From the NCBI GenBank assembly GCA_951406725.2, contig OX597834.1, forward strand, positions 33,294,001 to 33,358,000: a stretch of DNA of 64,000 nt, given 5' to 3'. Below the pieces are notes generated by a model, which ran no database searches, had not been told where the DNA came from, and saw nothing but the letters and a program-made list of their open reading frames with translations. Source of the stretch: Octopus vulgaris. Taxonomy: Eukaryota. Positions 51,742-63,350 of the stretch are shown here, in pieces. Within the stretch, counting starts at the first letter, position 1. Every line of letters starts with the position of its first letter. The translations under genes were made by a program, and so were the position numbers.

Positions 51742-52665
51742 CAGTGAGTCTCAACCCAGGTCTATATATGGCCCACGAGGGTCCATATAAAATTTTTGGC
51801 GGTCCACACTACTAAATAGTAAATTGGGGATCCACAATAGTATTTTAAGGGCCTCTGAAAAAATTTTGCTTCAGATCAGTAGTTCTCAAACGGGGCCCAT
51901 GTGGCCCTTAAAGGTTCATATAAGATTTTTAGGCTCCACACGACAATAATAAATTGGCGACCCACAAAAATATTTTAAGGGCCTCTGAAAAAATTTTGCT
52001 TCAGATCAGTAGTTCTCAAACGGGGACCATATGGCCCTTAAAAGTTCATATAAGATTTTTAGGGGTCCACACGACAAAATAATAAATTGGTGACCCACAA
52101 AAATATCTTAAGGGGTTCTGAAAAAATTTTGCTTCAGATCAGTAGTTCTCAAACGGGATCCATATAGCCCTTAAAGGTTCATATCAGATTTCTAGGGGTC
52201 CAAGCGACAAAATAATAAATTGGCGACCCACAAAAATATTTTAAGGGACTCTGACAAAATTTTGCTTCGTAGTTCTCAAACTGGATCCAAATAGCCCTTA
52301 AAGGTTCATATCAGATTTCTAGGGGTCCAAGCAACAAAATAATAAATTGGCGACCCACAAAAATATTTTAAGGGCCTCTGAAACAATTTTGCTTCAGATC
52401 AGTAGTTCTCAAACGGGGTCCATATGGCCCTTAAAGGTTCATATCAGATTTCTAGGGGTCCAAGCAACAAAATAATAAATTGGCAACCCACAAAAATATT
52501 TTAAGGGCCTCTGAAACAATTTTGCTTCAGATCAGTAGTTCTCAAACGGGATCCATATAGCCCTTAAAGGTTCATATCAGATTTCTAGGGGTCCAAGCAA
52601 CAAAATAATAAATTGGTAACCCACAAAAATATTTTAAGGGACGCTGGAAAAATTTGGTTTAGATA
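51742..52665 (+). repeat. Tandem array, 7 units of ~127-135 bp, derived from a hAT-type MITE end
   Basis: Units start with CAGTAGTTCTCAAAC at about 51877, 52007, 52140, 52268 (short deletion), 52400 and 52533, with a divergent first unit at 51742. The unit start is homologous to the left end of the MITE at 13666. Confidence 0.9.
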
Positions 52666-53042
52666 TGGTATATATTGCGAGAAACTGCTAAGTTTCTTTA
52701 TCTAATATTATATATAGTTCAAACAACAAAAATTAATGAATGAAAAACCAAATAGGAATTTTAAAGACATTTCTATGAACCTTATCGATCTATCAACCTT
52801 ATCGATCTTACAAAAGAGCCTAAAACAGTGGTGCTCGACTTTTTTAATATCCAGGTCAGATCCTGGATTTTTTTTAGGGGGTCTGCAGCAAAAAAAAAAA
52901 AAAGGAAAACACGAGTCAGTTAAAGAAATTTATCATATTTATAGAGGGAAGACTGTCAAGGGCTGCTAGAAGGATACTTGAGGGCTGCTTGTGTCCCTGG
53001 TGTTGCAAATGAGAACCACCGGTTGAGAAATATCACAAACAC

Positions 53043-53158
53043 ATCATCATCATCATCATCATCATCATCACCATCACCATCACCACCACCACCACCAACA
53101 CCACCATCACCATCATCATCATCATCATCATCATCACCACCACCACCAACACCATCAC

Positions 53159-53197
<39 letters not shown>

Positions 53198-53230
53198 GAG
53201 GAGGAGGAAGACGATGACGATGACGACGAT
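53043..53230. repeat. (CAT)/(CAC) trinucleotide microsatellite
   Basis: Read directly from the sequence. Confidence 0.95.
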
Positions 53231-55795
53231 AACGGTTATTTATTTTTCAAGCCTGAACACTTTGGGTGTATTTACCAAAATAGAAGTTACAGATGCTTCC
53301 CAAAAATAAATCTGTTTCTGGCTAATCGTTACAAAAATAGAAGTTTCTGGATTACCAGTTTTATTCTTCATTAAGTTTAATTTTTATCTCGCTTCATCTA
53401 AAAACCTGCCCACTTCATTTTTTTTTTTTCAAAATTAATTCATTCATCTCTTTAAAAAAAACTTTTCTTTCTTCCTGAAGAATTTTTTTTCCTTTTTCCG
53501 TGTTGTTTTTTTATGGTAAATTCTGTCCACAGCAAAAAGATTCTTTTCAAATTACTTTGGCAGATCATATACACACATATATACACACAAATTATATACA
53601 TGCATATATAGGAGTGGCTGTGTGGTAAGTAGCTTGCTTACCAGCCTCATGGTTCTAGGATCAGTCCCAACATGTGGCACCTTGGACAAATGTCATCTGC
53701 TATAGCCTTGGGTTGACCAAAGCTTTGTGAGTGGATTTGGTAGACGGAAACTGAAAGAAGATCATCATATATATTATATATATGTGTGTGTGTGTGTATA
53801 TATGTATGCATGTATGTATGTATGTATTTGTTTGTGTGACTGAATTGGTCCTCCCACCATTGCTTGACAACCGATGTACTTACATCCCTGTAACTTAGCG
53901 GTTCAGCAAAAGGTATCAATAGAATAAGTACTAAGCTTACAAAAGAATAAGTCATGGGACAAACAGACAGACAGATAGATAGAGAGACATACAGACAACA
54001 GACAAACAGGCATAGACAGACAGATAGATAGATATAATGATAAATAGATAGATAGACAGACAGACAGACAGGTGGCATTCACAAAACACTCAGCACTTGA
54101 GTCACTTTGCAACTTCTGCCCATTAAAAATAATAACAATAATGTATGTGTATGTGTGCATGTCCATGCATATGTGTGTGTGTGTCTGTACATACTTACCT
54201 GCGTCTCAGCTTACACACACACAAACTGTACAACACCTTGATCTTGTGAATCTACACCGAAACAGTTTTATTTGAAACTCACATTACAACCTTGACTGTA
54301 ATAGCTCACGCTTTGCTTTACGTAAGCCACAAGTCTATGTGAATGAGTTTATCTTGAATAATAACTTTCTCTTGTAATCCTGCTGATGAAGTGGATATAC
54401 ATCTGCATATTTTTACATACATCTTACATGAGCACAACTCTGTCTACAAAAACGTGTGTGTGTATGATCCATTGAATTGATATAGTAAATATCTTATGTT
54501 TTTCTTTTATCTCTTTACTTGTTTCAGTCATTGGACTGTGGCCATGCAAGGGCATAACCTTGAAGGAATTTTAGTCGAATGAATTGACCCCATTGCTTTT
54601 TTTTATATATATATTTGTTAAATTTGCAACGTATTCTATTGGCTTCTTTTGCCAAACCACTTAGTTATGGGGATGTAAACACACCAACACCGGTTGTCAA
54701 GTAGTGGAGAAAGGGAACAAACACAAACACACCACAAATACACACACATATATGACAGGCCTCTTTCAGTTTCCATCTACCAAATGCTTTTTATGTGTCA
54801 CCAGCACAGGTGCCAGGGGAGGCTGGCAGCGACCATGATCGGTTGGTGCTTTTTACATGCCACCGGCACAGAAGCCAGTCAAGTCGGCGCTTATATATAT
54901 TGTAAATATAATTGTAAGCTAAAGCATATAAACTCTCAACAGTAAAAATGGGTATAGTACACATACAGGCCCCAATGTTAAACTATTTTCTCCAGTCAAC
55001 GTACGGTGAAATCTTATAAACTTAAGCTTATAATAATATTTACAAAATTTTCACTCGTCACCATTTCTTAAATTACACATATATTTATCCACAAGATTTA
55101 ATTAAATCTTAATTGCAAGTTTTCATCACTTGTTACTTACTCTCGATGCTGATGTCGCCCACACTCTGACCACTGCCGTGCCCCAGCCTTCAGAAACACC
55201 TAAACTGTGCCATGTGCTTTGTACTACAACCATCTTCACTCACTTTTCGTGAAAAGACAATATTTCTGTGGCCAAGCTAACAGAATCCCTGAGAGGTTTC
55301 TACGGCTAAAGAAATGAAGAACATAACGATGCAACAAGTATATGGGAGCTAACGAAGATTTTAATTCAAATTGAAATTGCAACGCTCTAATTGCTGATCA
55401 CGTGTTCATTCCTCATAATACTCTTTCCTTCTCTCTTCCTTTCTTCATTTCTCTCTCTCTCTCCTTCTCTTTAAGTTATATCTTAACTTCACTACCCCAG
55501 ACCCCACCACCACCACCAAATCACCAAATTCCTCCCTGTAGGATTAATTATGCTGCCATATATACGGAATATACAGAGAAGCCATCCATCAAGTGCCAAT
55601 GTCTAAAATTTCATCCACCACACCCATCCGCCTACCCACTCACCCACCGACTTTTTCCAATGAAGATATTTAGTTTCTTCTGTTCTTACTTTCAATGAAT
55701 TTTAACAACACACGCACACACATGTACACAAGTGTATATATATATATATATGTATATATATAATCAAAATAAGCAACAAGAATGACTCTGGTAAT

Positions 55796-55881
55796 TTGGT
55801 ACGATCGTTTCGTACTACATCATTTTATTAGATGTTGTAAGTATTACAACAGTTTTAAAATGCTGAGCACTCATCAGCCAA
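55796..55881 (-). ncRNA. Type I hammerhead ribozyme motif, canonical core, long stem II
   Basis: Minus strand: UUGG-CUGAUGA-[GUGCU..CAUUUUA..UGUUGUAA uac UUACAACA..UAAAAUG..AGUAC]-GAAAC-GAUC-GUA^CCAA. All core nucleotides are present, with a G10.1-C11.1 pair, palindromic stem III ACGAUCGU and stem I UUGG/CCAA. Confidence 0.8.
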
Positions 55882-56105
55882 TTATAGAGGTTTTCCATTA
55901 ATACAAAAATTTTCATATCAAGTTATGTATCAAGTTATATAACAGATATGTATGTACAAAGGCCCTCGGTTAGGTTGAAACATATTGTTATATTTTGGGA
56001 TGATCATTTCATTTTTTTGTTATATTTTGGGATGGTCATATTGCCAATATTTATAGTCATTTCATTTTTTTTGTTATATTTTGGGATGGTCATTTCATAT
56101 TTTTT

Positions 56106-56418
56106 GTTATATTTGGTGATGGTCATTTCATTTTTTTTTTGTTTTTTACCAAATAAACACAAACATTATATACTCATTCTTCACTTTAGCTTTATTATTG
56201 TTTTTATTTTAGTGTCCTTTCTCTGAAATCTTTTGTCACATTCCTCCCAGCTTGTTTAGAATGAACAAAACAGAACAGAAGGAGACACATAGGACAGATA
56301 GTCGCTGAAGAGGTCACAGGATGCATGACAAAATATTCCAGACAAAGGACGAAGCAAAGAATGAGTATATAGTGCGTGTGTTTATTTGGCAAAAATCAAA
56401 AATGACCAAAAATATAAC
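56106..56418. mobile_element. Foldback element with decayed hammerhead-like motif
   Basis: 56106-56181 and 56357-56418 are imperfect inverted repeats (ccaaataaacac..tatatactcattctt). The interior has CTGAAGA-G-GTCA caggatgca TGAC-AAAATATT at 56305-56337. Preceded by ~33-bp tandem repeats (55985-56135). Confidence 0.55.
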
Positions 56419-56659
56419 TATATACATACATAAACATATGTGTATCATCATCATCATCGTTTAACGTCCGTTCTCCATGCTAGCATGGGTTGGACGGTTC
56501 GACCGGGGATCTGGGAAGCCAGAAGGCTGCACCAGGCTCCAGTCTGATCTGGCAGTGTTTCTACAGCTGGATGCCCTTCCTAATGCCAACCACTCTATGA
56601 GTGTAGTGGGTGCTTTTTACATGCCACCGGCACAGGTGCCAGGCGAGGCTGGCATACAT

Positions 56660-56712
<53 letters not shown>

Positions 56713-56718
56713 TAGATT

Positions 56719-56802
<84 letters not shown>

Positions 56803-56922
56803 TAGATAGATAGATATAGATATATATAAGTTCAGTAAAATTTAGATTCAGATGAATATGGTACATTAGATGAAGGTACCAGAATTTAGTATGGTATTAT
56901 CCTTATAATGTAAATTAAGGTG

Positions 56923-56967
56923 ATTATAATCAAAATAAGCAAACAAGGATATCCTTGTTTGCTTATT

Positions 56968-56978
<11 letters not shown>
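56923..56978. repeat. Perfect 56-bp palindrome with no spacer
   Basis: attataatcaaaataagcaaacaaggat|atccttgtttgcttattttgattataat. The arm matches the 3' tail of the 55.8-kb and 59.0-kb hammerhead elements. Confidence 0.95.
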
Positions 56979-57037
<59 letters not shown>

Positions 57038-57215
57038 TGTATGTATGTATGTATATGTAGATGTATATGTATAAGTATGTATGTATGAATATTTATTTTG
57101 TATTTTCACACAATGAATATCGAATTCTTTGAAAGGGAGTTTCCACTGCAAATATGCTCACACAGCTTCTTTTACAATCTCAGTAAATGGATGTATATGT
57201 GCAGATGTGTTTGCC

Positions 57216-57253
<38 letters not shown>

Positions 57254-57439
57254 TGAAGTCGTGTGGTTTTTCTATGTGGAAAAGGTTTTCTTTAAAACTG
57301 TAGAAGTGTGTGACAATTCCACACAACTGCCAGAAATGTAAAAGGAGAACAGATTCATCAAATTTCACTGAGATATCTTTCAAATTGTGTGTCTTAGTCA
57401 TTTGTATGCACATCTGTTACTGGAGGGGGGTGTGGCTTT

Positions 57440-57813
57440 GTTGTTGAAGATGATGATGATGATGATGATGATAGTGAGGAGAAAGAGGAGGGGAGTAAAT
57501 CTGTTATTGTTGTGGATGGTAGCAGTAGTAGTAGCAGTAGTCACAGAGATGGTCATGATGGTGGTGGTTGTGATGGTGGTGATGGTTGTGATGGTGGTGG
57601 TAGTGATTACAGTTGTGGTAGTAGCGGTACTCCTGTTGGTGCTATTGTTGATGATGAAGATGATGATGATGAGGAGAAGGAGGAGGAGAGTAATGGTATT
57701 ATTGTTGTTGTTGATGAGGATGGTGATGATGATAATGATGATGATGATGATAGTGAGAAGAAGGAGAATAATGTTGTTGGTACAAATAGTGAAGAGAAGA
57801 GAGTAATATAGTT

Positions 57814-57845
<32 letters not shown>

Positions 57846-57935
57846 TGTTGTTGTTGTTGGTGGTGGTGGTGGTATTGATGAAGATGATAGTAAGATGAAG
57901 AATGAGGAGAGTAATGTTGTTGCGGTTGCTGTTGT

Positions 57936-57993
<58 letters not shown>

Positions 57994-58042
57994 GGTGGTG
58001 GTGGTGGTGGTGGTTTTGGTCGTCGTCGTCGTCGTCGTAGTG

Positions 58043-58087
<45 letters not shown>

Positions 58088-58225
58088 ATGGAGGTGCTTG
58101 TGCAGGTGCTCGTGCCGGTGATAGTGGTGGTGATAGTGATGAAAGTGGTTGTGGTTAAGGTGGCAGTGGTGGCGGCAGTGGTGGTGGTGGTGGTGGCACT
58201 CATGTTGGTGCTGTTATTGTTTTAA
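57440..58225. repeat. Compound trinucleotide low-complexity tract (GAT/GGT/AGT/GCT/CGT)
   Basis: Read directly from the sequence. Source of the spurious poly-V/T/S ORFs. Confidence 0.95.
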
Positions 58226-58249
58226 GCTATTTCATGGAGTAAAATTTAA

Positions 58250-58700
58250 ATGCACCAAACATTCAGCAATGAGAGAGAGTTGGTGGAATACATGCCAACT
58301 ATAAAATTTATTTCCAGTGGTGTCAAATATGCAACGGTGTGGTTGCTATTTGACACCCCTGAAGAGGCTCGTAATTTTGCAAGTCAGGCCTTAGAGGGCA
58401 AAGAGATATTGTTTCTTCCCACGTATTGTGAGAAGAAGTTGACAAGGGCTTGGGTCTGCGGGTTGCCTCCCAGGATAGAACCCCAGTGGATAGACGACAC
58501 TATCCACCGGGGTCTGGGTGGCAGCAGAGCCAAGCTCCTCAATGTCAAAATTTTGCCTGCAGCTGATTGGGTGGGGTCAAAAGCGGTTTTGACCCTGTAG
58601 ACCCAATCAGCCAAGAATCTGGTGTTTCCAGATTTTCTTAAAATGGCTGGTTGTAGGTATCCGGTGATTCTTGAGAGACATCTTTGCCTGGAACCAGGCA
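58250..58700 (+). pseudogene. Probable non-LTR retrotransposon ORF1-like fragment
   Basis: Complex-sequence ORF (..TVWLLFDTPEEARNF..RAWVCGLPP..) continuing past a stop as FPDFLKMAGCRYPVIL. Resembles RRM-type L1/Tx1 ORF1 proteins by motif feel only. Confidence 0.4.
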
Positions 58701-58946
58701 AAATGATGATGATGATGTGGGTAACTGTGAGAAAAATGGTTGGGATGAATGAACTTTCTCTTATCCTGTGCCTGCAGATTGGAGAATGACAATTGGGTGT
58801 CTTCACTTCAGCTTAGAAGCTGAGTAGCTTCTAAGTTGAATTGAAGATAGCATGTTCTTTGTCTATCTCCTTAACTTCTTGGAGATTTTAGGTAAAATTA
58901 TACTAATGTGTCCAACTGTTTTAATTTAATTTAATTCAATGCCTTT

Positions 58947-59034
58947 GTGCAGCTGAGGATTGCTCTGCATTTAAATTGATGTAATGATTGCATTGTTCAA
59001 TTAAATGGAGTTGCATGAAACGATCGTACTGCAT
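58947..59034 (+). ncRNA. Type I hammerhead ribozyme motif, canonical core, long stem II
   Basis: GUGCAG-CUGAGGA-[long hairpin UGC/GCA, CAUUU/AAAUG, AAUUGA/UCAAUU, UAAUG/CAUUG]-GAAAC-GAUC-GUA^CUGCAU. Same stem III and 3' tail (cttgttgcttattt) as the 55.8-kb copy. The first stem II position is a U-U mismatch. Confidence 0.72.
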
Positions 59035-59072
59035 TATCTCTGGATATCCTTGTTGCTTATTTTTATTGTTTG

Positions 59073-59107
<35 letters not shown>

Positions 59108-59118
59108 CGAGATAGATA

Positions 59119-59150
<32 letters not shown>

Positions 59151-59264
59151 GATAGATAGATAGATAGATGGGTGGATAGACAGACAGGCAGATAGATAAA
59201 CAGGTAGATAGATAAGATTGTGTGTGTATGTGTGAGTGTCTGCATAGGTGTGTGGTATGGTGTT

Positions 59265-59295
<31 letters not shown>

Positions 59296-59589
59296 GTGTG
59301 CATGTGTGTGCGTGGTGTGTGTGTGTGCGTGTGTGTGTGCGTGCGTGTGTGTGTGTGTGTGTGTGTGTGTTTACGCGCGCGTGCTTGTAATATTTCTGCA
59401 TAGATGAGACCCCAACAATGGTTAATGTGTTTTCATTTTGCTGCTTTGTGTTCCTGTCGGTGGAAATGGAGCCTAGGTCCTCGCATAATTGATCCAACCA
59501 GAGGAGCGAAAGAAGGAGAAAAACACACATCAACTTACACACTGGTGCACGGTGACCCCATTTCTCAAACAAGAAAGCCCCCATGTCTA

Positions 59590-60122
59590 TTGATGGTGGT
59601 GGCAGCGGCGGCGTTGGTGGTGATGGTGGTGGTGGTGGTAGTGGTGATGGTAGTGGTGGTGGTGTCAGTGGCGGTGGTAGTTGCTGTAGTAGTGTTGGTT
59701 GTGGTGGTGGTGGTTGTAGTTGTGATGATAATAGTGGTGGTAGTGATAGCAATAGGAGTGGTGTTAGTGTTGTTTATAGTGATGGTCTTTTGTGTTGATG
59801 GTGGTAGTGTCGGTGTTAGTGGCAGTGTTAGTGATGGTGATGGTGGTGGTGGCGGTCGTGGTGGTGGTGGTGGTGGTGGTGGTGGTAGAGGTGGTAGTGG
59901 TGGTGGTGGTGGTAGAGGTGGGTGGTGGTGGTGGTGGTGGTAGAGGTGGTGGCGGTCGTGGTGGTGGTGTTGGTGGTGGTGGTGGTAGAGGTGGTGGTGG
60001 TGGTGGTGGTGGTAGAGGTGGTGGTGGTGGTGGTGGTGGTGTTGGTGGTGGTGGCAGGGGGCTGGGGGGCCTGTCTTGCTGTTATCTGAGTTTAATCTCA
60101 ACATTTATTATTATCATTATTA

Positions 60123-60170
<48 letters not shown>
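59590..60170. repeat. (GGT)n-rich tract followed by (ATT)n
   Basis: Read directly from the sequence. Confidence 0.95.
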
Positions 60171-60171
<1 letters not shown>

Positions 60172-61334
60172 TGGACTGTACTCTGTGTCACAATATAAAA
60201 AACTAACAACAATAATAAAAAAGGAAAGCATTTTCATTTTTTCCTTTGAAATCCAGGTTTTCTTAAAAATTCTTTTTCTTTCCTTTTATCAACTTGGATT
60301 TGGGTGTAATAATTGTTGTTTGGTTAGTAAATAGGTATTTTAGTACAATTGTCTGTTTTTTTGTTGTTTTTTTTTGTTAGATGGGTATCTATTGAGGTTA
60401 CTAAGGTTTTCAGGTATATAAGGGGTAGCATTCCAATCAGCTGAAGAGCTTCTTTCAGGGTACCCTAATTTCTTGAATAGATCGGCCCTTACTTATCTGT
60501 GGATGGCTACCAACGCTGTGTCTGATCTTGATTTGAGTAATTGGAATAAATTTGGAGAGAGGCATTAAATGAGTGGGGGAGGGTGGGATACTGGTGGCAG
60601 TGGCAGCAGCAGTGGTAGTGGCAGCAGCAGAGGTGGTGGCCATGGCAGTAGAGGTGTTGGGGATACTGGTGGTGGTAGCGGCTGTGATGGTCGTGTTTGT
60701 AGTAATAGTAGTAGTAGTAGTAGTGGGAGTCTGGATGAATGGATGGATGGATGGATACATGGATGGATGGGTGTATGGCATTTTTTTCAGTGAAAGGCGA
60801 TACTATCAAAATAAGGTTAGGTTCCCCAAAGGCAATGATGCAGTGAAAGGGTGTATCCTAAGATACATGCGAAAATTAGGTGTACATACATCCTGAGAAA
60901 GAACATATTAGCATACAGTTTAGTAACACCACCCTTCCCACCACCACCCACCTCCAAACTTTGTTTTCTTATAACTTTCTTAACAGTGATGAAAACAGTG
61001 GCAAGGGTATGCAAGGGTATGGCGTTCCCCTATCTTTTTAGCTCACTGAGAAGGGCTGGTTTATACTGTGAAGTCTTGTCCCATCTTCCCAATCTCAGCC
61101 TCTTAGACCTTACCTTATCCTCCTCCTCCTCCTCTTCATCATCATCATTTAACGTCTGTTTTCCCATGCTGGCATGGGTTGGACGGCTTGACAGATGCTG
61201 GCCAACTGGAGAACTGCACCAGGCTCCAAATTGTCTGCTTTCAAATGGTTTCCTTTTATGGTTGGATGCTAAGAAAACTATTACTGACCTTTAGGAACAT
61301 TGTGCACTCAAGCTTACCTTATATTTTACACTTG

Positions 61335-61815
61335 CGGTTCCACTGGTGACCAACGAGCCCTGCTCTTGACAAACATACATGACTACAAACATTGAAGATG
61401 AAGCTTTCCCCATTCATTACACTAGCAGTGCATTTTCGAGCAGCATGCTGAAATCCTTCATGAGGAATATGTGCTCTTTCAAAGATACGTTGGACTAGAC
61501 ACCTTGTTAGAATGAATGGTAGCAGGACCCCTAAACAGATGTTGTATGGGAAACTAGTTAGTGGAAAGCGAACCTGGCAGAAGCCAAGACTACGATTTAA
61601 GGACTGTGTCAAGTCCTCATTAAAGGCCCGTGATACGCAGGGGATGGACTGGGAGAGCAATGCCTGTCATTGCGAACAGATGGCGGAAGTCTTCATTAAA
61701 GGCCTGTGAAATGTGGGAGGCTGACTGGGAGAGCAATGCTTGTCATCACCACAGATGGAGGAAACAGGTAAAGGAGGGAGTCAATACCTTTGAAAGAGCA
61801 CATATTCTTCATGAT
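61335..61815 (+). pseudogene. RTE (BovB-like) LINE ORF2 C-terminal fragment
   Basis: IRWTRHLVRMNGSRTPKQMLYGKLVSGKRTWQKPRLRFKDCVKSSLKA...DWESNAC...RWRKQVKEG is typical of RTE C-termini. Degenerate. Confidence 0.85.
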
Positions 61816-62644
61816 GACATACATACATACATACGTACGTTGGTTGTTCCTTTTCGAGCCATGCCTGGCTCATAAGGGCCAGTTTCCTGGTTTTCTTGGT
61901 TCCCCACCTGGACGGGATGCTGGTCCGTCGCAGGTGAGCTGCAAGATGCAGGAGGAAAGAGTGAGAGAAAGTTGTGGCGAAAGAGTCAGCAGAAGTTCGC
62001 CATTACCTTCTGCCGGAGCCGTGTGGAGCTTAGGTGTTTCACTCATAAACACACACATCGCCTGATCTGAGATTCAAACCCACGATCCCTCGACTGCGAA
62101 TCCACTGCTCTAACAACTAAGCCATGTGCCTCCACACATATGTACATACATACATACATACATACATACATACATACATACATACATACATACATACATA
62201 CTACAAACTACATTCCATCATATCTTCCAATTTTTCAATATCAGTAACGAATAATAACAGCCAAGACAATATCATAGGTCGTTTTTTTATGCTGTGCTAC
62301 AATGAAAGCTTGTTATCGAACATTTAAAAAAGTACAAACTACTTTTCCATTTGAATCAAAGTAAATAAATAAATTAATTAATTAATAAATAATTAATTTT
62401 TTTAGATTACATAGAACATATGATTAACATCTACACTTTTGAAAATGTATTTCTGCCAAATTTCATTTAAATATAAGCTGTAATAAGAAAGTTATAAAGA
62501 AAGAAAAACAATGGGGCACTAAACTGTAGTTATGACAAGAAAATAAGGGCACTAAGAATAAAGAAAAACATCCAGTGAAATTGAATAAGGGTTAGGAAAA
62601 ATGATTACAAAATTGGGAATTTGATAACTCAATGGATTGTTGAA

Positions 62645-63350
62645 ATACGTACATGCATACACACACACATACTTCATACTGTATACATACATGAATATAT
62701 GTACGTACTCATATACATATATATATATATATATGTGTATGTATGCACTCATATACATATATACTTCCTTCATACTATGTATATATACAAACTAGATGCA
62801 AACATGTATATATGCATATATACACACACATATATATATACTACATGCATCCTTATTACATACATACATACAGATATGCATGCATACATACAATCATACA
62901 TACAGATACATACTCACAGATATACATATACATACATACTACATACATAAACACACTCATACCATATACACACACTATACACACACACACACCATACATG
63001 CATTCATACTACATGCATTCATATTACATACGTATACACAATCATACATAAATGCACATTCGTATACACACATACACACGTACATATACACATACACACA
63101 CACACACATGCATACAGCTCAACCAACACACCAGTTCAACCACACACACACACACACACACACACAAATACACACACATATATATACAAACACTGAGAAT
63201 TCTCTTTACTTAAAAAGTCATGTTACTTTGTTCATGACCAGATTGAACTCTCTTAAAGGAACTTAAAAATAAAACTCAGGAAAAAAAAACACACGTACAT
63301 ACATACATATATATATACATACATACATATATATATATACATGCATACAT
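62645..63350. repeat. Degenerate (TA)/(CA)/(TACA) low-complexity tract
   Basis: Read directly from the sequence. Confidence 0.9.

Noticed and set aside
60430-60470. CTGAAGA motif as a hammerhead core
   Set aside because: No stem II plus GAAA follows on either strand.
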